Shown here: one piece after another, positions 1 to 8,287 of the stretch
How positions within the stretch are numbered: position 1 is the first letter of the stretch
Layout: each line of letters begins with the position of its first letter
From: Thermodesulfovibrionales bacterium
GTDB taxonomy: Bacteria; Nitrospirota; Thermodesulfovibrionia; Thermodesulfovibrionales; SM23-35
Length of the DNA stretch: 64,000 nucleotides
Direction of reading: 5' to 3'
Assembly (NCBI GenBank): GCA_031082155.1
Contig: JAVHLL010000007.1
Location: forward strand, 1,459 to 65,458
Notes under the pieces: generated by a model
Told to the model about the DNA's origin: nothing
The model's input: only the letters and a program-made list of their open reading frames with translations
The model's database searches: none
Translations under genes and position numbers: made by a program

Positions 1-301
1 ATGAAGTATCGACCAATTTCCAAAATACCAATTCGGTTTTGATCCATATAGGGTTTCTTAAGTGTTATGATTTAACCTCCGTGGGAATAAGCGTGGAATC
101 AGGATTTGACTGCTTTTGAGTCTGTTTTGACAGACGTATTTTTTCTATTCCTATCAGTAATTGAGCCGTTTAAAAGTCATGGCATATAGGGCGCGCCATT
201 CTGTCAGCTTTTTCCGTGGACTGAGGGCATCTTTCCTATATATCTGTTTTTTTCATTTTTAAGTACAATAAGACAAAAAATATCAGAAAAGAACGGTACG
301 G

Positions 302-1198
302 ATGAAAACAGCTATCACAGAGATAAAAATTGAAGGAGACCTACTACTAAATCCAGATGATTATGACTATATGGATAGTCTTCCTATTGAGGGTTGGATA
401 TGGGAATTCATTAGGAGGAATTTAAAATACAGAGAGATTTATTCTGATTTCAGAGAAAGAAAGGTTGAAAAGGCTGGCATCCATCTCAAACTGAAGGAAG
501 TGAGAGAGGAAATAGCTATCAGACCCGTTATTGCTCCCTGTAAAAAACTAAATCCTCAATCATTTCTCAGAGTAAAAATTCCAAATTTTGACAATTGTGC
601 AGGATTACCGAACTATGACCTAAACGCTCACGACTTTGTCCGATCAGCTAGATGTTTGCCTCCTATAATCGGATTGACTCCTATCATCTTATACAAACCG
701 GATAAATATGAAAGGAGAGGCATAAAAATAAAGGGTAGAAGAGTTCCTCTTTCGACAAGGCATTATGTCTCAAAAGAATACTGTGATGAAATAATAAATA
801 ATATACTCCCGCCGGTTGATGTAAGGAACACGCTTTACGTAGGAATTTCAGAATACGCTAACAAAGAGCACGTTCGAAGAGAACTAGAGTCAATAGTTCA
901 CAATTGGGTGGAGCAAAGAGAGGTAAGGCTTAGAGATGAAGCATGGAGGGTCTCACTTTTTATTTATGACCTTTTCGAAAAACTGGAGACTAAATATACA
1001 AAAAGATACATGAAATTTACCGCTGCCTTGGTAGAAGCATATCCGAAATTCGTGATTACACGATATAGAGACGGTAGAAAAAGACGGTTTGTAGTTAATA
1101 GTCGCAATTATTTTGATGAGTCGAAATGTCGCAGATTCTATCACAATGCCAAATCACTGATAGAAGATGATTATAAAAGATTTCTCTACCTTAAATAA
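302..1198 (+). CDS. Hypothetical protein with N-terminal WEFxRRN (DUF6499-like) motif
   Basis: 298-aa ORF with ATG start. 'GWIWEFIRRNLKYRE' resembles the WEFLRRN signature of uncharacterised regulator-like proteins carried on integrative elements. The rest is unrecognised. Confidence 0.55.
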   Translation: MKTAITEIKIEGDLLLNPDDYDYMDSLPIEGWIWEFIRRNLKYREIYSDFRERKVEKAGIHLKLKEVREEIAIRPVIAPCKKLNPQSFLRVKIPNFDNCAGLPNYDLNAHDFVRSARCLPPIIGLTPIILYKPDKYERRGIKIKGRRVPLSTRHYVSKEYCDEIINNILPPVDVRNTLYVGISEYANKEHVRRELESIVHNWVEQREVRLRDEAWRVSLFIYDLFEKLETKYTKRYMKFTAALVEAYPKFVITRYRDGRKRRFVVNSRNYFDESKCRRFYHNAKSLIEDDYKRFLYLK

Positions 1199-1343
1199 TT
1201 TATACACCTAATACCCCTCCTCTTAGCTGTTTCGAATAAAAAGCCCCATTTATGAGAAAATATTAGCATGATAATTTATCATTATATATTTGAATAACTA
1301 ATTGATTAATAAGGCTTCTTAGCCTTAGGAAGGAGGTTAATGA

Positions 1344-1853
1344 ATGAAAAAATATAAGAGAAAAAAGAACAATCGTCTCCCACCTTTTGTTGCACTTACT
1401 TGGGATACCTTGAACAGTCAAGCTTACAAAGCTTTGACTCCTTCAGCTTCTAAGGCTTTGCCCTATTTTCTAGGCAAAGTTAAATTGACCTATAACGACC
1501 CAGACCGCTATGAAAATGCATTTACCTTTTCATATACCGAGGGAAGGAGATTTGGATTTGCATCTTCTACGTTCCATAGCGTTATCTGTGAACTTGTAGA
1601 AAAGGGTTTCATCGACCCTGTCGATAAGGGCGGCCTTAGAAGTGATGGAAAAAGTTTCAATTACTTCAAACTTTCTAAACGCTGGGGGAAATACGGTAAA
1701 GAAGATTTTATCAAAAAAGAGTGGAGCACCTTCTTACCTAAATTGAGAATAAAACCTACCCAAAAAAGTGAAATCAACAGCTTCAAAAAAGGAAATGGAA
1801 TGTCTCCTGTAGAAGAAATCATTTCAATAAATGAACCTGTAGGGGCATTTTAA
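1344..1853 (+). CDS. Hypothetical protein, possible winged-helix DNA-binding protein of the element
   Basis: 169-aa ORF with AGGAGG (1331-1336) 7 nt upstream of the ATG. Basic N-terminus; 'FHSVICELVEKGFIDPV' looks like a wHTH segment. No family recognised. Confidence 0.5.
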   Translation: MKKYKRKKNNRLPPFVALTWDTLNSQAYKALTPSASKALPYFLGKVKLTYNDPDRYENAFTFSYTEGRRFGFASSTFHSVICELVEKGFIDPVDKGGLRSDGKSFNYFKLSKRWGKYGKEDFIKKEWSTFLPKLRIKPTQKSEINSFKKGNGMSPVEEIISINEPVGAF

Positions 1854-1855
1854 GC

Positions 1856-2080
1856 GTGAAATCCATTTCATATTTTAGAGAGTATTCTATATATAGCCAT
1901 ACTCTATTCCTTTTTTTTTATTTCTTTTATCTTTTGTGTGAAACGTATGAAGCAAAGAAAATCATGGGAATGGATTTTAAAGAAATCATAAAAAATATCT
2001 TAAGTCGTACAGAGAATTATTTCATAGGAGTTAAAAAATATTTTCTACAAAATTATCAGAAGGAGAATTTATATACATGA
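1856..2080 (+). CDS. Possible small ORF (start uncertain)
   Basis: It fills the only gap between two genes, and its TGA overlaps the next ATG (ATGA at 2077-2080), which suggests coupling. It has a GTG start, odd Phe/Tyr-rich N-terminus, and an internal Met could be the real start. Confidence 0.3.
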   Translation: MKSISYFREYSIYSHTLFLFFYFFYLLCETYEAKKIMGMDFKEIIKNILSRTENYFIGVKKYFLQNYQKENLYT

Positions 2081-2505
2081 AATGCAAACAATGTAATAAG
2101 GAAGATATAGATAAAAAATATGGCCTGAGGGATTTTCATTCCCTTAAATGTAGGAAGGATTACAGACGCAATTATTTGCGTTTAAAAGCCCAGGAACGAA
2201 GAAATAATGAAAAGATGAAGGTTAGTACTGACCCCTCGAAAATATACAAATCCCAGCCTACAGAATCAACAATCTACAATAGGCAAAATGACGAGTCCGT
2301 GAACTTTTTCGATAGTTATGGAGGGAAGGATTGGTACACCTTAGCAAAGAGGGACTGCTGTAATTTTGATATAAGGCTCAAGGAAGGGTACTGTCTCACC
2401 CTTGCTGAACCTTATCAGGGATTTAGATTTAAATGTAATAATTGCTCACTCGGTCAGGCTTTAATGAATAAAGTCGAGGGAACAAGGCAGAAGAAGGCAG
2501 CTTAG
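2077..2505 (+). CDS. Hypothetical Cys-rich protein (CxxC motifs)
   Basis: 142-aa ORF with N-terminal 'CKQC', C-terminal 'CC...CNNC' and a basic middle region. No family recognised. Confidence 0.5.
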   Translation: MKCKQCNKEDIDKKYGLRDFHSLKCRKDYRRNYLRLKAQERRNNEKMKVSTDPSKIYKSQPTESTIYNRQNDESVNFFDSYGGKDWYTLAKRDCCNFDIRLKEGYCLTLAEPYQGFRFKCNNCSLGQALMNKVEGTRQKKAA

Positions 2506-2511
2506 TTATCA

Positions 2512-3927
2512 ATGCAGTCACAACAAGAGTACCCGGTTGATAAGCAAAAAGCTGTTTCTGTAAAGGAGGTAAAAAAAAGAGAATGTAATCCCGAACGACA
2601 TATCTTGACCGCCAGTTCAAATGGCACTTACAATAAAGCTGAAGCGATACCGCAGGATTTAGAATTAATATCTTATCTTATAGATAGTTCAGGAGAGGAA
2701 AAGATGAAGGGAGCAGTTAGAGCAAAAGGGACATGTCCGATTTGTGAGGGAAAGTTCCAACAAATATTAAAGATTGGATTTATCTGTCCTCGATGCAAAA
2801 CGACACCGAAAAAATTCTATGTCGATATTTCGTATAAGGGACAACGTATAAGGATTTTCTCGGACACAACAGGACAGGTGTTAGATACCTATCAGAGAGC
2901 TTTAACACTCCTCTCACACATCAATCAAGAATTGAAAAACCACAGTTTTGATCCCTCTCGATATGTTCAGGCAGAATTGCAGGGGTTTTATGTTCAGAAT
3001 CTTCTCGATAGATTCCTGAAAGACAAAATCAGCAGCATTTCTCCAAGCCGTATTAATCATTATACCCGTTATACTGACCTTGCAAAAGAGTTCTTTAAGA
3101 CAAAAGATGTTCGAGAAATACGTAGGATAGACATCTCTGATTATAAACGGCATTTGATAGAGAAGTATTATCCGAATCAGCCCAAACAAGGAAAGACCTT
3201 AAAAAATGTCATTGATCATTTCAAAACTTTCTTATTCTATTGCAAAAATGAATATGAAGTTATAGAGGTCGTTCCATCGTTCCCAGATATCGAGGTTCAA
3301 CCGTATCAATTCAAATGGGTATGTCAGCATGATCAAATCAAACTATTTGAGCTTGTTGAAGCTCATGATAAGCCCTTTATTGCTTTTCTTATGTTGCACG
3401 GATGTAGACCTGGTGAGGCAAGAGCTTTAAGATGTAAGGATGTAGATTTAAAACAGCAGACAGTAACAATATCTGCAACCTTCTCTGATGAAGTATATAA
3501 GGAAAGAAGGAAGGGTAGAGGGGCACAAGCAGTTATCGTTCCGATACATCCTGAATTGTATAGCTACTTCGAAGAGAGAATCAAAAACAACTTACCCGAG
3601 GCATACGTTTTCACAAAACGAAACGGACAGCATTACACTAAGGATGATATCCGCAGATTATGGGATAAGGTGAGAGAGAAAGCAGCCATAGGGAAGGATT
3701 TGAGATTATATGATGTGACGCGTCATAGCTTTGCATCTCAGCTTATAAATGCTAATACATCGCTTTACAAAGTCTCTCGTTTGCTGGGGCATAGTTCTGT
3801 AAAGATGACAGAGAAGTATGCTCATCACAATATTACTGATCTAAAAATAGACATAGAGAAAGTGTCATTGAAAATAGAAGAGACTGTCACCAAACTGTCA
3901 CCAGGTCAATCCAAGCATTTAAAATAA
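2512..3927 (+). CDS. Tyrosine recombinase / phage-type integrase with N-terminal zinc ribbon
   Basis: Catalytic signature is present: 'HGCRPGEARAL' (Arg), 'TRHSFASQL' (His-x-x-Arg) and 'LLGHSSVKMTEKYAH' (His...Tyr). 'CPICEG...CPRCK' forms a zinc ribbon upstream. The internal Met65 (nt 2704) has an AGGAG upstream and may be the true start. Confidence 0.9.
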   Translation: MQSQQEYPVDKQKAVSVKEVKKRECNPERHILTASSNGTYNKAEAIPQDLELISYLIDSSGEEKMKGAVRAKGTCPICEGKFQQILKIGFICPRCKTTPKKFYVDISYKGQRIRIFSDTTGQVLDTYQRALTLLSHINQELKNHSFDPSRYVQAELQGFYVQNLLDRFLKDKISSISPSRINHYTRYTDLAKEFFKTKDVREIRRIDISDYKRHLIEKYYPNQPKQGKTLKNVIDHFKTFLFYCKNEYEVIEVVPSFPDIEVQPYQFKWVCQHDQIKLFELVEAHDKPFIAFLMLHGCRPGEARALRCKDVDLKQQTVTISATFSDEVYKERRKGRGAQAVIVPIHPELYSYFEERIKNNLPEAYVFTKRNGQHYTKDDIRRLWDKVREKAAIGKDLRLYDVTRHSFASQLINANTSLYKVSRLLGHSSVKMTEKYAHHNITDLKIDIEKVSLKIEETVTKLSPGQSKHLK

Positions 3928-3959
3928 CACATAATATCAATATGTTAGGCGCGTATAAT

Positions 3960-3996
3960 AGGGGTTCAAAACCCCTCGTGCCTACCATATAATTTT
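3960..3996 (+). repeat. att-like direct repeat, copy 1: tRNA 3'-end fragment (T-arm + acceptor + CCA)
   Basis: AGGGG-TTCAAAA-CCCCT (T stem-loop), then CGTGCCT-A-CCA, then TATAATTTT. No matching 5' tRNA half lies upstream. It matches 8134-8170 at 33 of 37 positions. Confidence 0.7.
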
Positions 3997-4041
3997 TTCT
4001 TGATCTAAGAAGTGTGCCTTTTGTGGTCATTCCCGATCAGA

Positions 4042-4272
4042 CTATTGGTACAGTGCTAAAAATTCCTCTTCTTTCAGACCTGCCTTTTTAATCTGACTTT
4101 TCAATAAGCCCTGCTTGATTGGTTTTCCCTTATGCATTGGAATTGAGAGAATATTCACATTCCCTTCTTTTGCAAGGTGAACATGGCTTCCTGTCTGTCC
4201 TCTTTGTTTCCATCCTGCTCTTTCAAATGCTTTGATAACCCTGTCAGGCTTGAGGTTATTCAGACCGCTCAT
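4042..4272 (-). CDS. hicA: HicA family type II toxin (mRNA interferase)
   Basis: 76 aa. 'KPDRVIKAFERAGWKQRGQTGSHVHL' is the typical HicA/YcfA motif. It has a 4-nt ATGA-type overlap with the upstream antitoxin gene. Confidence 0.85.
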   Translation of the reverse strand: MSGLNNLKPDRVIKAFERAGWKQRGQTGSHVHLAKEGNVNILSIPMHKGKPIKQGLLKSQIKKAGLKEEEFLALYQ

Positions 4273-4904
4273 GAAGCCTTTCTCACATTTTTCCCGTCTT
4301 TTGTCATTATCTCAAGACGCCCCTTTATTGCATCCTTTATCATTTCAAGAGCTTCTTCAACAGTATCACCCTGAGAAGCACAGCCAGGGAGGGAAGGACA
4401 TTCTACCCAGAAGCCTCCGTCTTCTGTATCTGTATGAAGAATAACAGGATATCTCTTGCCACTCACCGTGACTTGATATCTCTTTTCTTGCTGCAAATCA
4501 ACTATTTGACCTTTCAGGCTTTCTACAATCTCCCCTAACGCAATAGAAAATATCAGCTGACCGCTTCTGAGCGTATCAATTATTACTTTCTTGTCTTTGG
4601 TAAGCACAAAGATTGTGTCACTGTCTGTGAGAAATTTGAGTTCCGCGAGTGGTTTCTTTATTTCAGGCATATTCTTTTTAAGATAGTTCAGGGCTTTTCT
4701 TATCTTTTGAAGACTAACCCCTTTATCCATCAAAGTCTTTGCAACCTTTAACTGAACGAGATCGTGAAAAGAATAGAGCCTGACAGAACCATAACCTGAA
4801 GCCTCACTGACAGAAGGTTTTATGAAATGGGTTCTATCCCAGTAATCGATTTGTCTTACGCTTAATCCGGTTATTTCAGAAACTATCTTGGTATTATAAT
4901 TCAC
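4269..4904 (-). CDS. hicB: MerR-type HTH fused to a HicB-like antitoxin domain
   Basis: The N-terminus 'IVSEITGLSVRQIDYWDRTHFIKPS...RLYSFHDLVQLKVAKTL' is a MerR HTH. The C-terminus 'FWVECPSLPGCASQGDTVEEALEMIKDAIKGRLE' is a HicB/UPF0150 fold. Confidence 0.75.
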   Translation of the reverse strand: MNYNTKIVSEITGLSVRQIDYWDRTHFIKPSVSEASGYGSVRLYSFHDLVQLKVAKTLMDKGVSLQKIRKALNYLKKNMPEIKKPLAELKFLTDSDTIFVLTKDKKVIIDTLRSGQLIFSIALGEIVESLKGQIVDLQQEKRYQVTVSGKRYPVILHTDTEDGGFWVECPSLPGCASQGDTVEEALEMIKDAIKGRLEIMTKDGKNVRKAS

Positions 4905-5151
4905 AATAAGCCTCCTTTCGTATTTTAATTACATCTATGTATTTATAATACTTACTATGATCATTGCAGTCAAGAAGCAAATGTCTGGAGATAGGTGTGT
5001 GGTTACTCAACAGGGGACAAGAGAGGAGTCCCCATACAACACAGGAGTTGATATTGCCTAATATAGGCGCTGTCCCTATTTATTACAAAATAGTTCCTTT
5101 TTATTCCTTGTTTTTCGCTGTCTGGAGTAGTCCCTGGCAATGCTTTTCGCT

Positions 5152-6363
5152 TTAAATAGTTATTATTTCGAAGTTTTCACCTGTTAAGCATTTCCCACCA
5201 TTAGTTGTAACCTCAAAAGTGTTTTCGACTCCTACCATTCCAAAGCCTGGAATGCCAATTTTTGGCTCAATAGCGAGAGTCATCCCTTCTTCAAGGGACA
5301 AATCAAAACCATTTGCCAAAACAGGATATTCATCTATCGCAAGTCCAATTCCGTGGCCTATAAAGAATACTTTATTTTTTCCCAACCCCATAAAGCCATC
5401 ACGCCACTCAGAGCGTTCAACTTTAGCAAGGCAATAATTCCATATCTCACTTGGCTGTGTTCCTGGCTTCAGAAATTTTACAATTTGATTCTGCAGGTCG
5501 ATACAAAAGTTATGTGCCTTTATAGCTTCCATTGGTATATTTTCTTTATCTCCAAGCCAGTAAACTTGTGTTTTATCCGTTATGTAACCAGCAAAATTAA
5601 ACCCATTATCTATGGTCAGAGGCTTTCCCGCTGTCCATTTGACCGCTGCTGATCCCATATATGGTGTCGCAGGATGAACACCTCGAAGACCAACAGGACC
5701 GTTAAAGGCACTGGGATGATTGGCGCTTCCTCCAATCGAAACAAATCCGAGAAATACCTCCTCGCCATAATTTTCCATTCGTAAGATTCCAAGATGGCCT
5801 TCGGAAAAAAATAGTTCTGAAATTTTATGACATATCTCAAGTTCACTTATGCCATCGTGAAGAAATGGCGGTAGTAGCTTGGTTAAACATCTTGAATGTT
5901 TGGAACCAGCTTCTCGTAAGATACTGAGTTCCCACTCTGTTTTTTTAGCACGACTCATGCCTATGATTTTATCTGCAGGGATGAACTGATGGGAAGGAAG
6001 ATGTTTCATGAGACTGTTTGAGAGAGCCCACGATAATCCATTCATCTCAGCTGCTACCAATTTTGGCAAAGAAAAACCCAAATCGTTAAGAATTGTTTCA
6101 ATATCGCTATAAGATCTAAATGAGTAAATATGCTTTATAGGTGACTCAATTTTGGCTCTTTCATCTCCACGCCTGCACAAGAGTATAGGTTCACCACTGA
6201 GAGGTAACCAAAAAACTCCGCTGACAAATGAACCGCTGAAATAGTAAATATTTAAACGAGAGAAAACTAATATTCCTTGAGCTTGAGGGATGAATTGCTG
6301 AAGGAGGTTTTTGCACCTATTCCACCGGGAAGCTAACTCCTGTATAGGAATAACGCTGTTCAT
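5152..6363 (-). CDS. M24 family metallopeptidase (Xaa-Pro aminopeptidase/creatinase-like)
   Basis: 403 aa. C-terminal pita-bread motifs are present: 'IGHGIGLAIDEYP', 'GMTLAIEPKIG' and 'GVENTF'. Confidence 0.8.
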   Translation of the reverse strand: MNSVIPIQELASRWNRCKNLLQQFIPQAQGILVFSRLNIYYFSGSFVSGVFWLPLSGEPILLCRRGDERAKIESPIKHIYSFRSYSDIETILNDLGFSLPKLVAAEMNGLSWALSNSLMKHLPSHQFIPADKIIGMSRAKKTEWELSILREAGSKHSRCLTKLLPPFLHDGISELEICHKISELFFSEGHLGILRMENYGEEVFLGFVSIGGSANHPSAFNGPVGLRGVHPATPYMGSAAVKWTAGKPLTIDNGFNFAGYITDKTQVYWLGDKENIPMEAIKAHNFCIDLQNQIVKFLKPGTQPSEIWNYCLAKVERSEWRDGFMGLGKNKVFFIGHGIGLAIDEYPVLANGFDLSLEEGMTLAIEPKIGIPGFGMVGVENTFEVTTNGGKCLTGENFEIITI

Positions 6364-6428
6364 AATTTACAGCTCCTGAAATATTTATAGAGAAGAAAGG
6401 GTTATAAACATGAAGGCTGAAACAATAA

Positions 6429-6614
6429 CTAATTCCGAGATTCTCGCCATAGCATCAATGCAAGTCCTGCCATAATTAGGAAACCGGGGACGCTTATCCA
6501 CAGGGGAATATTCATTCCGTTTATCATAACCTCCCAACCAAAAAACAACCGGAGGAGATGTATGAAAGCGATAATCAAGAAAATGATAATACCAATAGTG
6601 GTAAAAGGTTTCAC
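6429..6614 (-). CDS. Small hydrophobic membrane protein
   Basis: 61 aa with two predicted TM segments. No family recognised. Confidence 0.4.
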   Translation of the reverse strand: MKPFTTIGIIIFLIIAFIHLLRLFFGWEVMINGMNIPLWISVPGFLIMAGLALMLWRESRN

Positions 6615-6823
6615 AATTCTTTCCTTATTTTCTCAGAAATTGGGTATATGTTTTGTTAATTACCATTTGTCCTGTACACAATTATACCAAGTTTAAGAGG
6701 GGAAGAAGTATTGTGTTACTTTTCAGAAAACATATTTGTGAGAATTTCATTTCCATATAGCGTATCTAGAAAACATTCCCACGCTTATAAATGCCTTTTG
6801 CCATGTTTTCTCACCGCTTTCCC

Positions 6824-6991
6824 TCACTCTTTTTCTGTGTCCTTGAGGCTAAAGGCCTCATCTGTGATGAAGCGCATCAAAACAACTGGCTTACCGTTCT
6901 TTGTAATTATCACCTCCTCTCTGGTATCCTCAATCGCTGCAACAATCTGAGTGGCCTTGTTTCTCAATTCTGAAACGGTCACAAATTTCAT
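6824..6991 (-). CDS. Phd/YefM family type II antitoxin (55 aa, absent from the ORF track)
   Basis: Hand translation gives MKFVTVSELRNKATQIVAAIEDTREEVIITKNGKPVVLMRFITDEAFSLKDTEKE*. 'SELRNK...VIITKNGKPVAVL'-type sequence is the Phd/YefM signature. Its ATG overlaps the stop of the upstream gene (ATGA). Confidence 0.7.
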   Translation of the reverse strand: MKFVTVSELRNKATQIVAAIEDTREEVIITKNGKPVVLMRFITDEAFSLKDTEKE

Positions 6992-7215
6992 GCTTGTCCT
7001 CTATGCGTACTTGCCCCTAAAGAAATAGCATTCTTAATACACTCGTGGACAACATCCTCAAGGGTGCATTTCTCATGTGGAGAATGATTATTAATTAATT
7101 TTTGAATATTTTCCAGAAAACTCAACTCTTGCTCCGTTAAGACAATTGATATCGTTTTCACAAAGTCCCCCTCTGTTGACTTGTTGTCTATTATAATAGC
7201 TATTTTATTGTCCAT
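6988..7215 (-). CDS. Hypothetical, possible ribbon-helix-helix protein
   Basis: 75 aa. 'ISIVLTEQELSFLENIQKLI' has a beta-strand/helix pattern like CopG/RHH. It is translationally coupled to the Phd gene. Confidence 0.4.
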   Translation of the reverse strand: MDNKIAIIIDNKSTEGDFVKTISIVLTEQELSFLENIQKLINNHSPHEKCTLEDVVHECIKNAISLGASTHRGQA

Positions 7216-7367
7216 TGTAAAGAAGCCTGTGAAGTATACAATTCACTATACAGCCCCTTGTGAAAGGTCAGTAGCGTCGAATACTCTAATTAGGGTTGCT
7301 CAACAACTGGGAGTAGCTCCCGCTGAGAAGTGAAAATTATGATAAGTAAGATGCATAATGGGGAACT

Positions 7368-8003
7368 TTATTGTTTTTTGTATTTTTCTAATTTTTCCGT
7401 TAATTTTTCAATTTCATTCTTTAATTGTTTCATTCTTAGTTCTCTGCCAACTGCCAAAGCATAAAATTCCTCAAGTTCTTTGACTCTTTGCTTAATCTCC
7501 TTCTCTGATTTCTTACGATCGGTGATGTCACGCGTGAACGAACAACTGTATTGTTCTCCATATAATTCAATATAATTAGCCAAAACCTCAAAAGGAACGA
7601 GCCGACCATCTTTGGTCAGGTGTTCAACTTCGATGGTTTGGATTTTATCTCTGACGGTAACTCCCCAAACTGCATCCCATATCTCCTGTGTTAAGTGAAG
7701 GTTAAAATCCATGACGCGCATGCCGAGCAACTCTTCCTCTGTGTATCCCAGTTGTTTGCAGGCAGCTCGATTTACATAAACAAGACTGGCATCCTTTGCG
7801 ATCAGGAAAGCGCCGTCTGAGAGACTTTCAATGGCGAATGAGGCAAAATCTGATAACAACTTTTGTTTATGATTAAGCGTTTTATTATTATTTTCTATTG
7901 CTGTTTTTGTCTGTAGTTTTTTTTCCAAATCAGCGACGGTTTTACGCAGACGCGATATCTCTTTTAGGAGTGATTGTTTTGTTTGTTGTCGATTACTGAT
8001 CAT
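7368..8003 (-). CDS. PAS domain protein flanked by coiled coils (no output domain)
   Basis: 211 aa. 'DGAFLIAKDASLVYVNRAACKQLGYTEEELLGMRVMDF...TKDGRLVPFEV' is a PAS fold. Both termini are Lys/Glu-rich coiled coils. Confidence 0.7.
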   Translation of the reverse strand: MISNRQQTKQSLLKEISRLRKTVADLEKKLQTKTAIENNNKTLNHKQKLLSDFASFAIESLSDGAFLIAKDASLVYVNRAACKQLGYTEEELLGMRVMDFNLHLTQEIWDAVWGVTVRDKIQTIEVEHLTKDGRLVPFEVLANYIELYGEQYSCSFTRDITDRKKSEKEIKQRVKELEEFYALAVGRELRMKQLKNEIEKLTEKLEKYKKQ

Positions 8004-8133
8004 TTTTTTCGTGATTCTCTGCCATTTGATTTGCCGCCAGGTGTTGCTGACTGATAATTTTATTAACTCTTGCCATATCTTTTGCTGGTTATACTCAGCA
8101 TAATTATATCAATTTTTAATAGGGAGAGTGTTC

Positions 8134-8170
8134 AGGGGTCCAAAACCATTCGTGCCTACCCTATAATTTT
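8134..8170 (+). repeat. att-like direct repeat, copy 2 (degenerate)
   Basis: AGGGGTCCAAAACCATTCGTGCCTACCCTATAATTTT matches 3960-3996 at 33 of 37 positions. The T-stem pairing is lost. The by-eye compositional shift to GC-richer core genes begins just to its right. Confidence 0.6.
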
Positions 8171-8287
8171 CAGCACCTTTCTGATTCTGCCGTCACAAAA
8201 AGACCTTCAGTAAAGAAGTTACGTCGCATACCGCGATTTCATAGAGATTTTTAGTGAGGCAGTCCGAGATATTGCAAATTACCGCAG

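Larger units (their letters stand above)
1..3996 (+). mobile_element. Integrative element, integrase-proximal part; left end lies outside the window
   Basis: Tyrosine integrase (2512-3927) plus small orphan ORFs. The region ends 33 nt after the integrase stop at a 37-nt repeat that looks like a tRNA 3' end (3960-3996). Spot GC count is 22/60 at 361-420, versus 33/60 at 9361-9420 and 37/60 at 53581-53640. Confidence 0.5.
3997..8170 (+). mobile_element. Degenerate genomic islet between the two att-like repeats (no intact integrase)
   Basis: Bounded by the 37-nt direct repeats and AT-rich like the integrase element. It carries TA modules (HicA/HicB, orphan Phd) and a 12-codon integrase-N-terminus-like relic at 6766-6804. 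Confidence 0.4.

Noticed and set aside
41-100. Possible third, very degenerate att copy (AGGGTTTC...CCTCCGTGGGAATA) that would close the integrase element inside the window.
   Set aside because: Only short scattered matches to the 37-nt repeat, with no tRNA-like fold. This is indistinguishable from chance by eye.
6711-6973. Two plus-strand ORFs (79 and 60 aa) in the 6615-6987 gap.
   Set aside because: The minus strand here encodes a clear Phd/YefM antitoxin coupled to the upstream gene. The plus-strand ORFs have no motifs and Ser/Phe/Cys-rich composition.
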